From assembly GCF_036507355.1 (NCBI RefSeq), contig NZ_AP027877.1: 64,000 bases of DNA; one strand, written 5' to 3'. The notes beneath the pieces are model-generated. The model ran no database searches. It was given only the letters and a program-made list of their open reading frames with translations, and had not been told where the DNA came from. This stretch comes from Escherichia coli (lineage in GTDB: Bacteria > Pseudomonadota > Gammaproteobacteria > Enterobacterales > Enterobacteriaceae). Below are positions 34,371 through 46,164 of the stretch, piece after piece. The first letter of the stretch is position 1, and the number at the start of each line of letters is the position of its first letter. The translations under genes and the position numbers were made by a program.

Positions 34371-35006
34371 GTGATTTCTTATTACTTTCAAGGCCTTGCG
34401 CTTGGCGCAGCTATGATCCTACCGCTCGGTCCACAAAATGCTTTTGTGATGAATCAGGGCATTCGTCGTCAGTACCACATTATGATTGCCTTACTTTGCG
34501 CTATCAGCGATTTGGTCCTGATTTGCGCCGGGATTTTTGGTGGCAGCGCGTTATTGATGCAGTCGCCGTGGTTGCTGGCGCTGGTCACCTGGGGCGGCGT
34601 AGCCTTCTTGCTCTGGTATGGTTTTGGCGCTTTTAAAACAGCGATGAGCAGTAATATTGAGTTAGCCAGTGCCGAAGTCCTGAAGCAAGGAAGATGGAAA
34701 ATTATCGCCACCATGTTGGCAGTGACCTGGCTGAATCCGCATGTTTACCTGGATACTTTTGTTGTACTGGGCAGCCTTGGTGGGCAGCTTGACGTCGAAC
34801 CAAAACGTTGGTTTGCGCTCGGGACAATTAGCGCCTCTTTCCTGTGGTTCTTTGGTCTGGCTATTCTCGCAGCCTGGCTGGCACCGCGCCTGCGCACGGC
34901 AAAATCACAGCGCATTATCAATCTGGTAGTGGGATGTGTCATGTGGTTTATAGCCTTGCAGCTGGCGAGAGACGGTATTGCTCATGCACAAGCCTTGTTC
35001 AGTTAG
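34371..35006 (+). CDS. argO: arginine exporter (LysE family), GTG start
   Basis: 211-aa [55 protein letters not shown]... Confidence 0.93.
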   Translation: MISYYFQGLALGAAMILPLGPQNAFVMNQGIRRQYHIMIALLCAISDLVLICAGIFGGSALLMQSPWLLALVTWGGVAFLLWYGFGAFKTAMSSNIELASAEVLKQGRWKIIATMLAVTWLNPHVYLDTFVVLGSLGGQLDVEPKRWFALGTISASFLWFFGLAILAAWLAPRLRTAKSQRIINLVVGCVMWFIALQLARDGIAHAQALFS

Positions 35007-35098
35007 GCGCTATCTGATGGAAAAATAAAACAGAGGCGCTAAGCTTGCCTCCAGAGGTCCTGAATTTTGGGCAAGTCAATTAACACGGAGAGACTAAC

Positions 35099-35839
35099 GT
35101 GAAGTTCAAAGTTATCGCCCTGGCGGCATTAATGGGTATTAGCGGGATGGCAGCGCAGGCTAACGAATTGCCGGATGGACCGCATATTGTCACCTCCGGT
35201 ACGGCAAGCGTGGATGCGGTGCCAGACATTGCCACTCTTGCGATTGAAGTCAACGTGGCCGCGAAGGATGCCGCTACTGCCAAGAAACAGGCAGATGAGC
35301 GCGTCGCACAATACATTTCCTTCCTTGAACTCAATCAGATCGCGAAAAAAGATATCAGCTCAGCGAACTTACGCACCCAGCCAGATTATGATTATCAGGA
35401 TGGTAAAAGTATCCTTAAAGGCTACCGCGCTGTGAGAACGGTGGAAGTCACGCTCCGTCAGTTAGACAAACTGAATTCCTTGCTGGATGGCGCGCTGAAG
35501 GCGGGTCTTAACGAAATTCGTTCTGTGTCGCTGGGCGTGGCGCAGCCGGATGCCTATAAAGACAAAGCGCGTAAGGCAGCGATTGATAACGCGATTCATC
35601 AGGCGCAGGAACTGGCGAACGGCTTTCATCGTAAACTGGGGCCGGTATATAGCGTGCGCTACCATGTTTCCAACTATCAGCCCAGCCCAATGGTGCGGAT
35701 GATGAAAGCCGATGCCGCGCCGGTCTCAGCCCAGGAAACTTACGAGCAGGCCGCTATTCAGTTTGATGATCAGGTCGATGTGGTCTTCCAGTTAGAACCT
35801 GTGGATCAACAACCCGCTAAAACACCTGCAGCACAATAA
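35099..35839 (+). CDS. yggE: periplasmic SIMPL-domain oxidative-stress protein YggE
   Basis: 246-aa ORF MKFKVIALAALMGISGMAAQANELPDGPHIVTSGTASVDAVPDIATLAIEVN... Confidence 0.9.
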   Translation: MKFKVIALAALMGISGMAAQANELPDGPHIVTSGTASVDAVPDIATLAIEVNVAAKDAATAKKQADERVAQYISFLELNQIAKKDISSANLRTQPDYDYQDGKSILKGYRAVRTVEVTLRQLDKLNSLLDGALKAGLNEIRSVSLGVAQPDAYKDKARKAAIDNAIHQAQELANGFHRKLGPVYSVRYHVSNYQPSPMVRMMKADAAPVSAQETYEQAAIQFDDQVDVVFQLEPVDQQPAKTPAAQ

Positions 35840-36006
35840 TACTTGTAGCCCGACGTATTCGTCGGGCTAATGCCTTTACCCGATATTGCCTCCTTTTTCT
35901 GTAATTTTCTGTAAAACCATGACGTAATCACCTATCTTTGCTCGCGGTTTCATCAAGGATAGGCTGACTGAAACGGTTAAGCGGACAAGGATGCGGGGGA
36001 GGGGGG

Positions 36007-36903
36007 ATGGACATTTTTATTTCGAAAAAGATGCGCAATTTCATTTTATTAGCGCAAACCAATAATATTGCCCGGGCGGCAGAAAAAATCCATATGACGG
36101 CTTCGCCATTTGGTAAAAGCATTGCCACGCTGGAAGAACAAATTGGCTATACGCTATTTACCCGCAAAGATAATAATATCAGCCTCAATAAAGCCGGACA
36201 GGAACTGTATCAAAAACTGTTCCCGGTTTATCAACGGCTTTCTGCGATTGATAATGAAATCCATAACTCAGGGCGTCGTTCACGAGAAATTGTGATTGGC
36301 ATAGATAATACTTATCCGACAATTATTTTCGATCAGTTGATTAGTCTCGGAGATAAGTATGAAGGCGTGACCGCCCAGCCAGTTGAGTTCAGCGAAAACG
36401 GCGTTATCGATAATCTTTTTGACCGCCAGTTAGATTTTATTATCTCCCCACAGCATGTATCTGCACGAGTTCAGGAACTGGAAAACCTGACTATCAGTGA
36501 ACTACCACCGCTGCGATTGGGCTTTCTCGTTTCTCGCCGTTATGAAGAGCGTCAAGAGCAAGAGCTGCTTCAGGAGCTGCCCTGGCTACAAATGCGCTTT
36601 CAAAACCGGGCTAACTTCGAAGCAATGATTGATGCGAATATGCGACCTTGTGGGATCAATCCAACCATTATTTATCGTCCCTACAGTTTTATGGCCAAAA
36701 TCAGCGCCGTGGAGCGCGGACATTTTCTGACGGTGATCCCGCATTTTGCCTGGCGACTGGTGAATCCGGCAACGCTGAAATATTTTGATGCGCCGCACAG
36801 GCCGATGTATATGCAGGAATATCTTTATTCAATCAGAAATCATCGTTATACCGCCACGATGCTTCAGCATATTGCTGAAGATCGTGACGGGACAAACCAT
36901 TAA
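36007..36903 (+). CDS. ygfI: LysR-family transcriptional regulator YgfI
   Basis: 298-aa ORF MDIFISKKMRNFILLAQTNNIARAAEKIHMTASPFGKSIATLEEQIGYTLFTRK... with N-terminal HTH. Confidence 0.85.
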   Translation: MDIFISKKMRNFILLAQTNNIARAAEKIHMTASPFGKSIATLEEQIGYTLFTRKDNNISLNKAGQELYQKLFPVYQRLSAIDNEIHNSGRRSREIVIGIDNTYPTIIFDQLISLGDKYEGVTAQPVEFSENGVIDNLFDRQLDFIISPQHVSARVQELENLTISELPPLRLGFLVSRRYEERQEQELLQELPWLQMRFQNRANFEAMIDANMRPCGINPTIIYRPYSFMAKISAVERGHFLTVIPHFAWRLVNPATLKYFDAPHRPMYMQEYLYSIRNHRYTATMLQHIAEDRDGTNH

Positions 36904-38378
36904 CCCAGCATCGAGCCGGTTGCAATTAAATTACGGTGTAAGTCGAAGACGTGGCTAAGATCGTGGTGAATATGTCCGCCAGGCGCATTTTCCAGATAGC
37001 GATGCAGATAATCCCGATACATAGGATGTGCACAATTATCAATGATCGTGCGGGCGCGTTGAAGCGGGGAAAGACCGCGCAGATCGGCGATCCCTTGTTC
37101 GGTGATGATCACTTTGACGCTGTGTTCGCTGTGATCAACATGGCTGCACATTGGCACGACGGTTGAGATCTTGCCTTCTTTAGCAATCGATGGGGCCATA
37201 AAGATCGACAGATACGCGTTGCGTTCAAAATCACCGCTGCCGCCGATGCCGTTCATCAGATCGACCCCGGCTACGTGCGTTGAGTTGGCATGCCCGTAAA
37301 TATCAAACTCCAGGCCGACGTTCAGAGCGATGACGCCCAGACGACGGATGATTTCCGGGTTATTGGAAATCTCCTGCGGACGCAACACAATGCGGCTGGC
37401 AAAGTAATCCATATTGTCGTAAATCTTGCGCAGGGAATCGGCCGAGATTGTCAGGCTGGAGGCGCTGGCCCCGCTGATTTTGCCGGTTTCCAGTAAATGC
37501 ACCACCGATTCCTGTAGCACTTCCGAATACATCATAAACGGAGGAATTTCCGGGTTTTCCCCCAGACGCGCCATTACCGCATTATTGATATTGCCCACGC
37601 CACTTTGCAGCGGCAGAAATTCCGGCGGAATACGCCCATGCGCCATTTCCTGCAATAAGAACGTGACCACGTTATCGGCAATCTGCTGGCACATGGGATT
37701 TTGCTTATCCAGCATATTACCGGCGTCAGGCAAGTTGGTTTCCACGACGGCGACAATCTTTTTCGGATCGATTTGCACATAGCGGGTACCGACGCGATCC
37801 ATTGCATGGAAGATCGACACGCTATTGCGCCGTGGTGGCGCGCCAGGAATCACAATATCTGCCAGTTCTGCAACGCGCGGATCGTGATAGTGATTGAGTT
37901 CAATGATCACTTTCTTCGCTCGCAGCAGCCAGGTCGGCGCATTACCGATCCCGCTGGTTAACCAGACTCGACCATCTGGTGCCAGTGCCGATGCTTCAAT
38001 GACGGCAACATCAATGTCGCCGAAGAAACCGTAATTGACCATTTGCGCCACTTCGCTCAAATGCAGGTCAACGAAACTCACCGCGCCCTGATTGATCTTT
38101 TTACGTAAACCGGACGATGTTTGATATGGCGCACGCCAGGAAACAGCATCAGCGTCAGAAAGTACATCGTCAGCGGCGGCGCTGATTGACGCACCCGTCA
38201 GCAGGCGAATTTGATACGGCTTTTTAGCCTCATGCTGTTCGTTAGCTCTGCGGGCAATCGCGGTGGGTAGGGCTTTCGGTGAACCCGCTGGGGTAAAGCC
38301 GCTAAATGCCACCATGTCGTTATGCTGGATAATTTCTGCCGCTTCATCGGCGGTCATCCTTGTCCACTGAGTTTCCAT
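36900..38378 (-). CDS. scpC: propionyl-CoA:succinate CoA-transferase
   Basis: 492-aa ORF METQWTRMTADEAAEIIQHNDMVAFSGFTPAGSPKALPTAIARRANEQHEAKKPYQ... Confidence 0.92.
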   Translation of the reverse strand: METQWTRMTADEAAEIIQHNDMVAFSGFTPAGSPKALPTAIARRANEQHEAKKPYQIRLLTGASISAAADDVLSDADAVSWRAPYQTSSGLRKKINQGAVSFVDLHLSEVAQMVNYGFFGDIDVAVIEASALAPDGRVWLTSGIGNAPTWLLRAKKVIIELNHYHDPRVAELADIVIPGAPPRRNSVSIFHAMDRVGTRYVQIDPKKIVAVVETNLPDAGNMLDKQNPMCQQIADNVVTFLLQEMAHGRIPPEFLPLQSGVGNINNAVMARLGENPEIPPFMMYSEVLQESVVHLLETGKISGASASSLTISADSLRKIYDNMDYFASRIVLRPQEISNNPEIIRRLGVIALNVGLEFDIYGHANSTHVAGVDLMNGIGGSGDFERNAYLSIFMAPSIAKEGKISTVVPMCSHVDHSEHSVKVIITEQGIADLRGLSPLQRARTIIDNCAHPMYRDYLHRYLENAPGGHIHHDLSHVFDLHRNLIATGSMLG

Positions 38379-38401
38379 TTTTACTCCTTCGTTCGCAGGG
38401 A

Positions 38402-39187
38402 TTAATGACCAACGAAATTAGGTTTACGTTTTTCGAGGAAAGCGTTCATCCCTTCCTGGTAATCTTCGCTGTCATAAACCGCGCGGCGCATCCCCTGAAT
38501 ACGTTCAAATTCATCGGAGTTCATGGTGTGTGCTTCGCCCAGTACACGCAGCTCTTCTTTGATAACGGCAATGGCTAACGGCGCTTTCTCAGAGATGTGG
38601 TGCGCCATTTGTAAGGTGAAATCTTCCAGTTCTTCCACTTCCACAACATGGTTGAGGATGCCGACAGCCAGCGCGCGCTGGGCGGTGATTGGCGAAGCGG
38701 TAAAAATCAGCTCTTTGACAATGTGGAAGCCCGCGTCGCGGGTCAGGTTGTGAATGCCGACCAGGTTATACGGGACGCCGAGGTTTACAGGCGTCATTGA
38801 GAAGGTTGAGGTACTGGCGGCGATGATCAGATCGGAACTCATGATCATTTCAAATGCGCCACCCCAAACACTACCTTCCACCATCGAAATGATCGGTTTC
38901 GGGAATTTTTGGATCATGCGGGTGATTTGACGCAATGGATCATCATAGGAGAGCGGATCGCGACCGCCAGACGGCAGTTCGTGAATATCGTGACCTGCGG
39001 AGAAGACTTTGGATCCACTCGGCGCGCGCAAAATGATACAGCGAATTTCCGGCCGGTTGAGATCGCTTAACGCCTGCATAAGATCATCAATAAAGACTTT
39101 ACTTAAGGCATTAAGTTTTCGGCCATAGTTAAACTCAATGACCGCCACTTTGTTGATAGTGGCAACGTTCACATACTGATAAGACAT
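38402..39187 (-). CDS. scpB: methylmalonyl-CoA decarboxylase (crotonase fold)
   Basis: ORF 38402-39229; start at ATG 39187 gives the 261-aa product MSYQYVNVATINKVAVIEFNYGRKLNALSKVFIDDLMQALSDLNRPEIRC... Confidence 0.92.
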   Translation of the reverse strand: MSYQYVNVATINKVAVIEFNYGRKLNALSKVFIDDLMQALSDLNRPEIRCIILRAPSGSKVFSAGHDIHELPSGGRDPLSYDDPLRQITRMIQKFPKPIISMVEGSVWGGAFEMIMSSDLIIAASTSTFSMTPVNLGVPYNLVGIHNLTRDAGFHIVKELIFTASPITAQRALAVGILNHVVEVEELEDFTLQMAHHISEKAPLAIAVIKEELRVLGEAHTMNSDEFERIQGMRRAVYDSEDYQEGMNAFLEKRKPNFVGH

Positions 39188-39197
39188 AACAATTCCT

Positions 39198-40193
39198 TTA
39201 ATCAAAATATTGCGTCTGGATAAATTCACTGAGCTGCCGCAGGCCGGTGCGCGGTGAGAGCGTATTGTTTTTGACCGCTAAAAGCGTCTGGCGGTAATAG
39301 CGATCGAAATCTTCATTCGCGAACAGGTGATTCAGTACTTCTTCTTCGGTCTGCTTACGCAGCCATTCCACCGATTGTTGTTGCCGCACTTGTTGTAAAC
39401 GACCACTGGCAGTTAGCGCGGTTTTGAAGTCGATGATGGCGTGCCAGATCTCATCGATTCCACGTTTTTCCAGTGCGCTACAAGTCAGAACCCGTGGCTG
39501 CCATTCGTCGTATTTACGTCGCAGAATACGCAGGGCACTCTCGTACATATGCCGGGCAATGGCGACATTGGTATGGTTATCGCCATCGTCTTTGTTGATA
39601 ACGATCAGATCAGCCACTTCCATCAGCCCTTTTTTAATGCCCTGCAGATCATCGCCGCCACCGGCAATTTGCAACGAGATAAAACAGTCCACCATGCGGG
39701 CGACTTCCGTTTCCGACTGCCCGACGCCAACCGTTTCGACAATCACTACGTCATAACCCGCCGCTTCGCATAACAGCATTAATTCCCGCGCTCGCTGACT
39801 GGCACCGCCCAGATGACCGGAGGATGGTACCGGGCGAATAAACGCCGTCTCGGCACGCGCCAGGTCATTCATGCGGGTTTTATCCCCGAGAATGCTACCG
39901 CCAGTGACCGGACTGCTGGGATCGACCGCAATAACCGCAACCTTTAATCCATCACGAATCAACAACATGCCAAAAGCTTCAAGAAAGGTACTTTTCCCCG
40001 CGCCGGGTGTGCCGGTAACGCCCAGTCGCAGGGCGTTACCGCAGTACGGCATAATGGCATCAAGCAGTTGCGTACTTAGCGCCTGATGACGCGGGTGACG
40101 GCTTTCCACCAGCGTCATGGCCTGGGCGAGTGTGGCACGCTCACCCTGACGTAAGCGGCGAATACTTTCTGCCAGCGTGGCTTCATTAATCAT
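39198..40193 (-). CDS. argK: methylmalonyl-CoA mutase-associated GTPase (MeaB-like)
   Basis: 331-aa [55 protein letters not shown]... with P-loop GTPGAGKST. Confidence 0.92.
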   Translation of the reverse strand: MINEATLAESIRRLRQGERATLAQAMTLVESRHPRHQALSTQLLDAIMPYCGNALRLGVTGTPGAGKSTFLEAFGMLLIRDGLKVAVIAVDPSSPVTGGSILGDKTRMNDLARAETAFIRPVPSSGHLGGASQRARELMLLCEAAGYDVVIVETVGVGQSETEVARMVDCFISLQIAGGGDDLQGIKKGLMEVADLIVINKDDGDNHTNVAIARHMYESALRILRRKYDEWQPRVLTCSALEKRGIDEIWHAIIDFKTALTASGRLQQVRQQQSVEWLRKQTEEEVLNHLFANEDFDRYYRQTLLAVKNNTLSPRTGLRQLSEFIQTQYFD

Positions 40194-42330
40194 GATGCTG
40201 GCTTATCAGATTCAGTACGTCGCGCACACTGTCGAGCATAGGTGTACCTGGACCATAAATCGCCGCCACGCCGCGCTCTTGCAGGAAGGCGTAATCCTGC
40301 GGTGGAATGACGCCACCGGCGACTACGCAGATATCTTCGCGTCCCCATTTTTTCAGCGCTTCGACCAGTTCCGGGATCAGCGTTTTATGACCGGCAGCCA
40401 GTGAGGATGCGCCCACTACGTGAACGTCATTTTCTACTGCCAGGCGGGCGATCTCTTCAGGTGTAGAGAACATCGGGCTTAAATCTACGTCGAAACCGAG
40501 ATCGGAATAGGCGCTGGCGATCACTTTCGCGCCGCGATCGTGCCCATCCTGGCCCATTTTGGCGATCAGAATGCGCGGGCGACGACCATTGTCGGCAAGG
40601 AACTGCTCCGTTTGCGCAACAATGGCATCGAACTCGGAGGCCGATTTCTCAGATTGATGATAGCTTTGCGCAATCACGCCGGTAACACACTGGCTTGGCA
40701 CCAGATAACGGTCGAAAGCGGCTTCCAGCGCATCGGAAATTTCACCCAGGGTGGCGCGAACGCGAGCGGCATTAACAGCGGCAGCCAGCAGGTTTTCGTT
40801 ATGCTGGGCGGCGTGAGTCAGGGCGTTCAACGCGGCGGTTACGGCGGCATTATCACGGGTGGCGCGAATGCGTTCCAGCGAAGCAATTTGCTCGTTACGC
40901 ACCATCACGTTGTCGATCTCAAGTACATCGGTTTCGTCTTCGTGATCCAGTTTGTACTTGTTGACACCAACGATGACACGCTTGCCCTGGTCGATCAGCG
41001 ACTGTTCGCGCGCTGAGGCCTCTTCGATCATTCGTTTTGGCAGACCTGCTTCGATCGCTTTCGCCATGCCACCGGCTTCGTCGATCTGTTGGATAATAGC
41101 TCTGGCTTGTTTGACGATTTGATCGGTCAGCGACTCAATGTAATAGGATCCGGCCAGTGGATCGACGGTGCGGCAGAGTTCTGATTCTTCCTGGATGATG
41201 ATCTGGGTGTTGCGGGCAATGCGTGCTGAGAAATCGGTAGGCAAACCAAGCGCTTCGTCAAAGGCGTTGGTATGCAGTGACTGAGTACCGCCCAGCGTCG
41301 CAGCCAGTGCTTCAATGGTGGTGCGGATAACGTTGTTATACGGATCCTGTTCAGTCAGGCTCCAGCCTGAGGTCTGGCAGTGGGTACGCAGCGCCAGTGA
41401 TTTCGGGTCCTGTGCGCCAAATCCACTGACCGCTTCGCTCCATAAATAACGTGCCGCACGCAACATGGCGACGTTCATAAACAGATCCATGCCGATGCCG
41501 AAGAAGAACGACAGGCGAGGAGCGAAGTCATCAATTTTCAGTCCGGCAGAGATTGCTGCTTTGATGTACTCAATCCCATCAGCGAGCGTAAATGCTACCT
41601 GCTGCACGCAGTTGGCACCCGCTTCACCCATGTGGTAACCGCTGATACTGATGGTATTAAATCGCGGCATGTTGCCGGAACACCAGGCGATGATGTCGGC
41701 GATAATGCGCATTGACGGTTTTGGCGGGTAAATATAGGTGTTGCGGCAGAGGTACTCTTTGAGGATATCGTTCTGAATGGTGCCGGTCAGTTTATCAGGT
41801 GTAACACCTTGCTCTTCCGCGGCGACGATATAAAACGCCAGTACTGGTAGCACTGCGCCATTCATGGTCATCGAAACCGACATTTTATCCAGCGGGATCT
41901 GGTCGAACAGGACTTTCATATCTTCCACGGTGTCGATAGCGACGCCCGCTTTGCCGACGTCGCCCGCCACGCGCGGGTTATCGGAGTCGTAGCCTCGGTG
42001 GGTGGCAAGGTCAAACGCAACGGAAAGACCTTTTTGCCCGGCGGCCAGGTTACGGCGATAAAAAGCGTTGGACTCTTTTGCTGTTGAAAAACCAGCATAC
42101 TGACGGATGGTCCACGGTTGGGCGGTATACATAGTGGCACGCGGGCCACGAACGTAGGGCGGCAAACCAGGAAGGGTACCTGTCACCTCCAGATTATCGA
42201 GATCGGCTTCGGTATACAGCGGCTTGATGGCGATCCCTTCCGCGGTTTGCTGAACCAGCGAGTCGACAGTTTTCTCCCGACGGCTCAATTCCTTGTTGGC
42301 AAGCTGTTGCCACTCCTGCACGTTAGACAT
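40186..42330 (-). CDS. scpA: B12-dependent methylmalonyl-CoA mutase (Sbm)
   Basis: ORF 40186-42351; start at ATG 42330 gives the 714-aa product [49 protein letters not shown]...; 8-nt overlap with argK. Confidence 0.93.
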   Translation of the reverse strand: MSNVQEWQQLANKELSRREKTVDSLVQQTAEGIAIKPLYTEADLDNLEVTGTLPGLPPYVRGPRATMYTAQPWTIRQYAGFSTAKESNAFYRRNLAAGQKGLSVAFDLATHRGYDSDNPRVAGDVGKAGVAIDTVEDMKVLFDQIPLDKMSVSMTMNGAVLPVLAFYIVAAEEQGVTPDKLTGTIQNDILKEYLCRNTYIYPPKPSMRIIADIIAWCSGNMPRFNTISISGYHMGEAGANCVQQVAFTLADGIEYIKAAISAGLKIDDFAPRLSFFFGIGMDLFMNVAMLRAARYLWSEAVSGFGAQDPKSLALRTHCQTSGWSLTEQDPYNNVIRTTIEALAATLGGTQSLHTNAFDEALGLPTDFSARIARNTQIIIQEESELCRTVDPLAGSYYIESLTDQIVKQARAIIQQIDEAGGMAKAIEAGLPKRMIEEASAREQSLIDQGKRVIVGVNKYKLDHEDETDVLEIDNVMVRNEQIASLERIRATRDNAAVTAALNALTHAAQHNENLLAAAVNAARVRATLGEISDALEAAFDRYLVPSQCVTGVIAQSYHQSEKSASEFDAIVAQTEQFLADNGRRPRILIAKMGQDGHDRGAKVIASAYSDLGFDVDLSPMFSTPEEIARLAVENDVHVVGASSLAAGHKTLIPELVEALKKWGREDICVVAGGVIPPQDYAFLQERGVAAIYGPGTPMLDSVRDVLNLISQHHD

Positions 42331-42533
42331 TATTTGCTCCGTAAAACGCAATCAAAATGAGGGTATTTGCGCCTACGGTGAGCTTTTTACGTGGGTTTGT
42401 CGCCAGCAAAAAAAATGCATTCAGACGTCGTTTTTTGCCGCCTGAGATTTGTCTATTTTGTGATGTGATTCAAGGAATACAAAAAGAAGTGAGGACAACG
42501 CCTGATATGTGCTATCAGGCATTATTTGATGGA

Positions 42534-43427
42534 TTAATCCTGACGAAGGACTTTGTGACCATAATCGAGTAACGCATCAGTGACTTTACGCATCATGCGG
42601 CTTTCAGGAGCAAAGCGGTGCCAGTAGAGCATCCGTCGTTGAAATAGCCCAGGCGTTAAGTCAATCAGTTTACCGCTGGCCAGCTCTTTCTCGATTTGCA
42701 GGTGCGGGATCATACAGCAGGTGGTGCCCTGGCGAGCAAGTTGTACGAACGCTTCTGAAGAATTAACGATATGGCAGGGCACGCTGCCTGGAGGCAGATC
42801 GAAGTTTTGCTGCAAAAAGGCCTGGTGCATATCGTCAAGATGGTCAAACGCGACCACTGGCGCTTTCAGTAATGCCGAACGCGTTACGCCGTTAGGGAAA
42901 TATTTTTCGGCAAAGGGTTTTGAGCTGACGAACAGATAGTCGAGCGCACCAAGTTTATCGACAAGACAACTCGGCAGCGCCTGATGTTGAATACTCACCG
43001 CGCCGACCACTTCGCCGCGACGCAGACGTTCCTGAGTGCGGGTTTCATCTTCTACCTGCAAGTTGAGGCGGATAGGCGAATCAGCCAACACAGGAGCCAG
43101 TGCAGGAAGCAACCACGTCGCCAGACTGTCGGCGTTGACCGCCAGTGAAAGCAGCAGCGGAGTCGAACCGGTTTGTTCATCGCCCAGCCACTCTTCTTCC
43201 AGCAACTCCACCTGGCGCAGCAGTGCCAGCAGTTTTTGCCCTTGTTCCGTCGGGCGCGGCGGTACGGTACGCACCAACAGCGGCTGCCCGAACATATTTT
43301 CCAGTTGCTTAATGCGCTGTGAGACGGCTGATTGTGTAATGCACAGCTTTTGTGCCGCGCGCTCAAATCCTCGTTCACGTATCACCGCATCCAGTGCCTG
43401 TAATGTTCTGTAGTCCGGGCGTTTCAT
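42534..43427 (-). CDS. argP: LysR-type regulator ArgP (IciA)
   Basis: ORF 42534-43493; start at ATG 43427 gives the 297-aa product [48 protein letters not shown]... Confidence 0.92.
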   Translation of the reverse strand: MKRPDYRTLQALDAVIRERGFERAAQKLCITQSAVSQRIKQLENMFGQPLLVRTVPPRPTEQGQKLLALLRQVELLEEEWLGDEQTGSTPLLLSLAVNADSLATWLLPALAPVLADSPIRLNLQVEDETRTQERLRRGEVVGAVSIQHQALPSCLVDKLGALDYLFVSSKPFAEKYFPNGVTRSALLKAPVVAFDHLDDMHQAFLQQNFDLPPGSVPCHIVNSSEAFVQLARQGTTCCMIPHLQIEKELASGKLIDLTPGLFQRRMLYWHRFAPESRMMRKVTDALLDYGHKVLRQD

Positions 43428-43568
43428 TGCTGTTGTCTGCTCCTGGTAAATGCTTTTTCCTGCACTATGACACAATTTTGTGTCAGGTTGCATATACCGA
43501 AGCCGTCGGCGGGTAACATTTGTATTCGTGGTTAAACGCGCAGCTTAAAAGATCAGGGATTTGCGCTA

Positions 43569-43799
43569 ATGCATTTCGCTCAGCGAGTTCGCGCCCTGGT
43601 TGTGTTGAATGGCGTGGCGTTATTGCCTCAATTTGCCTGTAAACAGGGGCTTGCGAACGGTGAATTGGTGCGCCTGTTTGCACCGTGGAGCCGCATACCC
43701 AGACCATTGTATGCTTTATTTGCGGGGCGAAAGGGGATGCCCGCCATTGCGCGATATTTTATGGATGAGTTAACCACGCGGCTTGCCAACGGGGTCTGA
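43569..43799 (+). pseudogene. yqfE: LysR-family regulator remnant (C-terminal fragment only), yqfE-like
   Basis: 76-aa ORF MHFAQRVRALVVLNGVALLPQFACKQGLANGELVRLFAPWSRIPRPLYALFAGRKGMPAIARYF... resembles the C-terminus of a LysR substrate-binding domain; no HTH-bearing N-terminus. Confidence 0.55.
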
Positions 43800-43854
43800 A
43801 TCGCTTTTTTTGTATATAATGCGTGTGAAATTTCATACCACAGGCGAAACGATC

Positions 43855-44514
43855 ATGACGCAGGATGAATTGAAAAAAGCAGTAGGATGGGCGGCACTTC
43901 AGTATGTTCAGCCCGGCACCATTGTTGGTGTAGGTACAGGTTCCACCGCCGCACACTTTATTGACGCGCTCGGTACAATGAAAGGCCAGATTGAAGGGGC
44001 CGTTTCCAGTTCAGATGCTTCCACTGAAAAACTGAAAAGCCTCGGCATTCACGTTTTTGATCTCAACGAAGTCGACAGCCTTGGCATCTACGTTGATGGC
44101 GCAGATGAAATCAACGGCCACATGCAAATGATCAAAGGCGGCGGCGCGGCGCTGACCCGTGAAAAAATCATTGCTTCGGTTGCAGAAAAATTTATCTGTA
44201 TTGCAGACGCTTCCAAGCAGGTTGATATTCTGGGTAAATTCCCGCTGCCAGTAGAAGTTATCCCGATGGCACGTAGTGCAGTGGCGCGCCAGCTGGTGAA
44301 ACTGGGCGGTCGTCCGGAATACCGTCAGGGCGTGGTGACCGATAATGGCAACGTGATCCTCGACGTCCACGGCATGGAAATCCTTGACCCGATAGCGATG
44401 GAAAACGCCATAAATGCGATTCCTGGCGTGGTGACTGTTGGCTTGTTTGCTAACCGTGGCGCGGACGTTGCGCTGATTGGCACACCTGACGGTGTCAAAA
44501 CCATTGTGAAATGA
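43855..44514 (+). CDS. rpiA: ribose-5-phosphate isomerase A
   Basis: ORF 43783-44514; start at ATG 43855 gives the 219-aa product [53 protein letters not shown]... Confidence 0.95.
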
Positions 44515-44769
44515 TCTGACGGGGGAACCTCCCCCGTTAAAAAAATTCTCTTCATTAAATTTGGTGACATGTGTCACGTTTTTACCTGGCTATTGTCGAT
44601 TGCTCTAAATAAATCCTCTAAACCAGCATATTCATCCAAGAATTACCTTTGCGTGATATTTCCTCAACATCGCGATGCAAACGTTCATATTGCCGCAATA
44701 TTATTTTTTGATATGTTGAAAGGCGGACGCAAATCCGCACACAACATTTCAAAAGACAGGATTGGGTAA

Positions 44770-46002
44770 ATGGCAAAGGTATCGCTGGAGAAAGACAAGA
44801 TTAAGTTTCTGCTGGTAGAAGGCGTGCACCAAAAGGCGCTGGAAAGCCTTCGTGCAGCTGGTTACACCAACATCGAATTTCACAAAGGCGCGCTGGATGA
44901 TGAACAATTAAAAGAATCCATCCGCGATGCCCACTTCATCGGCCTGCGATCCCGTACCCATCTGACTGAAGACGTGATCAACGCCGCAGAAAAGCTGGTC
45001 GCTATTGGCTGTTTCTGTATAGGAACAAACCAGGTTGATCTGGATGCGGCGGCAAAGCGCGGGATCCCGGTATTTAACGCACCGTTCTCAAATACGCGCT
45101 CTGTTGCGGAGCTGGTGATTGGCGAACTGCTGCTGCTATTGCGCGGCGTGCCGGAAGCCAATGCTAAAGCGCACCGTGGCGTGTGGAACAAACTGGCGGC
45201 GGGTTCTTTTGAAGCGCGCGGCAAAAAGCTGGGTATCATCGGCTACGGTCATATTGGTACGCAATTGGGCATTCTGGCTGAATCGCTGGGAATGTATGTT
45301 TACTTTTATGATATTGAAAATAAACTGCCGCTGGGCAACGCCACTCAGGTACAGCATCTTTCTGACCTGCTGAATATGAGCGATGTGGTGAGTCTGCATG
45401 TACCAGAGAATCCGTCCACCAAAAATATGATGGGCGCGAAAGAAATTTCACTAATGAAGCCCGGCTCGCTGCTGATTAATGCTTCGCGCGGTACTGTGGT
45501 GGATATTCCGGCGCTGTGTGATGCGCTGGCGAGCAAACATCTGGCGGGGGCGGCAATCGACGTATTCCCGACGGAACCAGCGACCAATAGCGATCCATTT
45601 ACCTCTCCGCTGTGTGAATTCGACAACGTCCTTCTGACGCCACACATTGGCGGTTCGACTCAGGAAGCGCAGGAGAATATTGGCCTGGAAGTTGCGGGTA
45701 AATTGATCAAGTATTCTGACAATGGCTCAACGCTCTCTGCGGTGAACTTCCCGGAAGTCTCGCTGCCACTGCACGGTGGGCGTCGTCTGATGCACATCCA
45801 CGAAAACCGTCCGGGCGTGCTAACTGCGCTGAACAAAATCTTCGCCGAGCAGGGCGTCAACATCGCCGCGCAATATCTACAAACTTCCGCCCAGATGGGT
45901 TATGTTGTTATTGATATTGAAGCCGACGAAGACGTTGCCGAAAAAGCGCTGCAGGCAATGAAAGCTATTCCGGGTACCATTCGCGCCCGTCTGCTGTACT
46001 AA
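44770..46002 (+). CDS. serA: D-3-phosphoglycerate dehydrogenase
   Basis: 410-aa ORF MAKVSLEKDKIKFLLVEGVHQKALESLRAAGYTNIEFHKGALDDEQLKES... Confidence 0.96.
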   Translation: MAKVSLEKDKIKFLLVEGVHQKALESLRAAGYTNIEFHKGALDDEQLKESIRDAHFIGLRSRTHLTEDVINAAEKLVAIGCFCIGTNQVDLDAAAKRGIPVFNAPFSNTRSVAELVIGELLLLLRGVPEANAKAHRGVWNKLAAGSFEARGKKLGIIGYGHIGTQLGILAESLGMYVYFYDIENKLPLGNATQVQHLSDLLNMSDVVSLHVPENPSTKNMMGAKEISLMKPGSLLINASRGTVVDIPALCDALASKHLAGAAIDVFPTEPATNSDPFTSPLCEFDNVLLTPHIGGSTQEAQENIGLEVAGKLIKYSDNGSTLSAVNFPEVSLPLHGGRRLMHIHENRPGVLTALNKIFAEQGVNIAAQYLQTSAQMGYVVIDIEADEDVAEKALQAMKAIPGTIRARLLY

Positions 46003-46022
46003 TTCCCCTTCTCTGAAAATCA

Positions 46023-46053
46023 ACGGGCAGGTCACTGACTTGCCCGTTTTTTT
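46023..46053 (+). terminator. rho-independent terminator of serA
   Basis: Hairpin ACGGGCAGGTCACTGACTTGCCCGT followed by TTTTTTT. Confidence 0.7.
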
Positions 46054-46164
46054 ATCCCTTCTCCACACCGTTGCGCATTCTACTTTGCGAGTATGCTCCA
46101 GAAAATAAATCAAAGTCAGATCAATGCGTTGTGTTTATTTAATGGGGATTTACGATGGCAGGGC

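Noticed and set aside
43483-43707. 74-aa reverse-strand ORF between argP and rpiA
   Set aside because: Overlaps the forward-strand LysR remnant and has no recognisable features; the forward frame is the better explanation.
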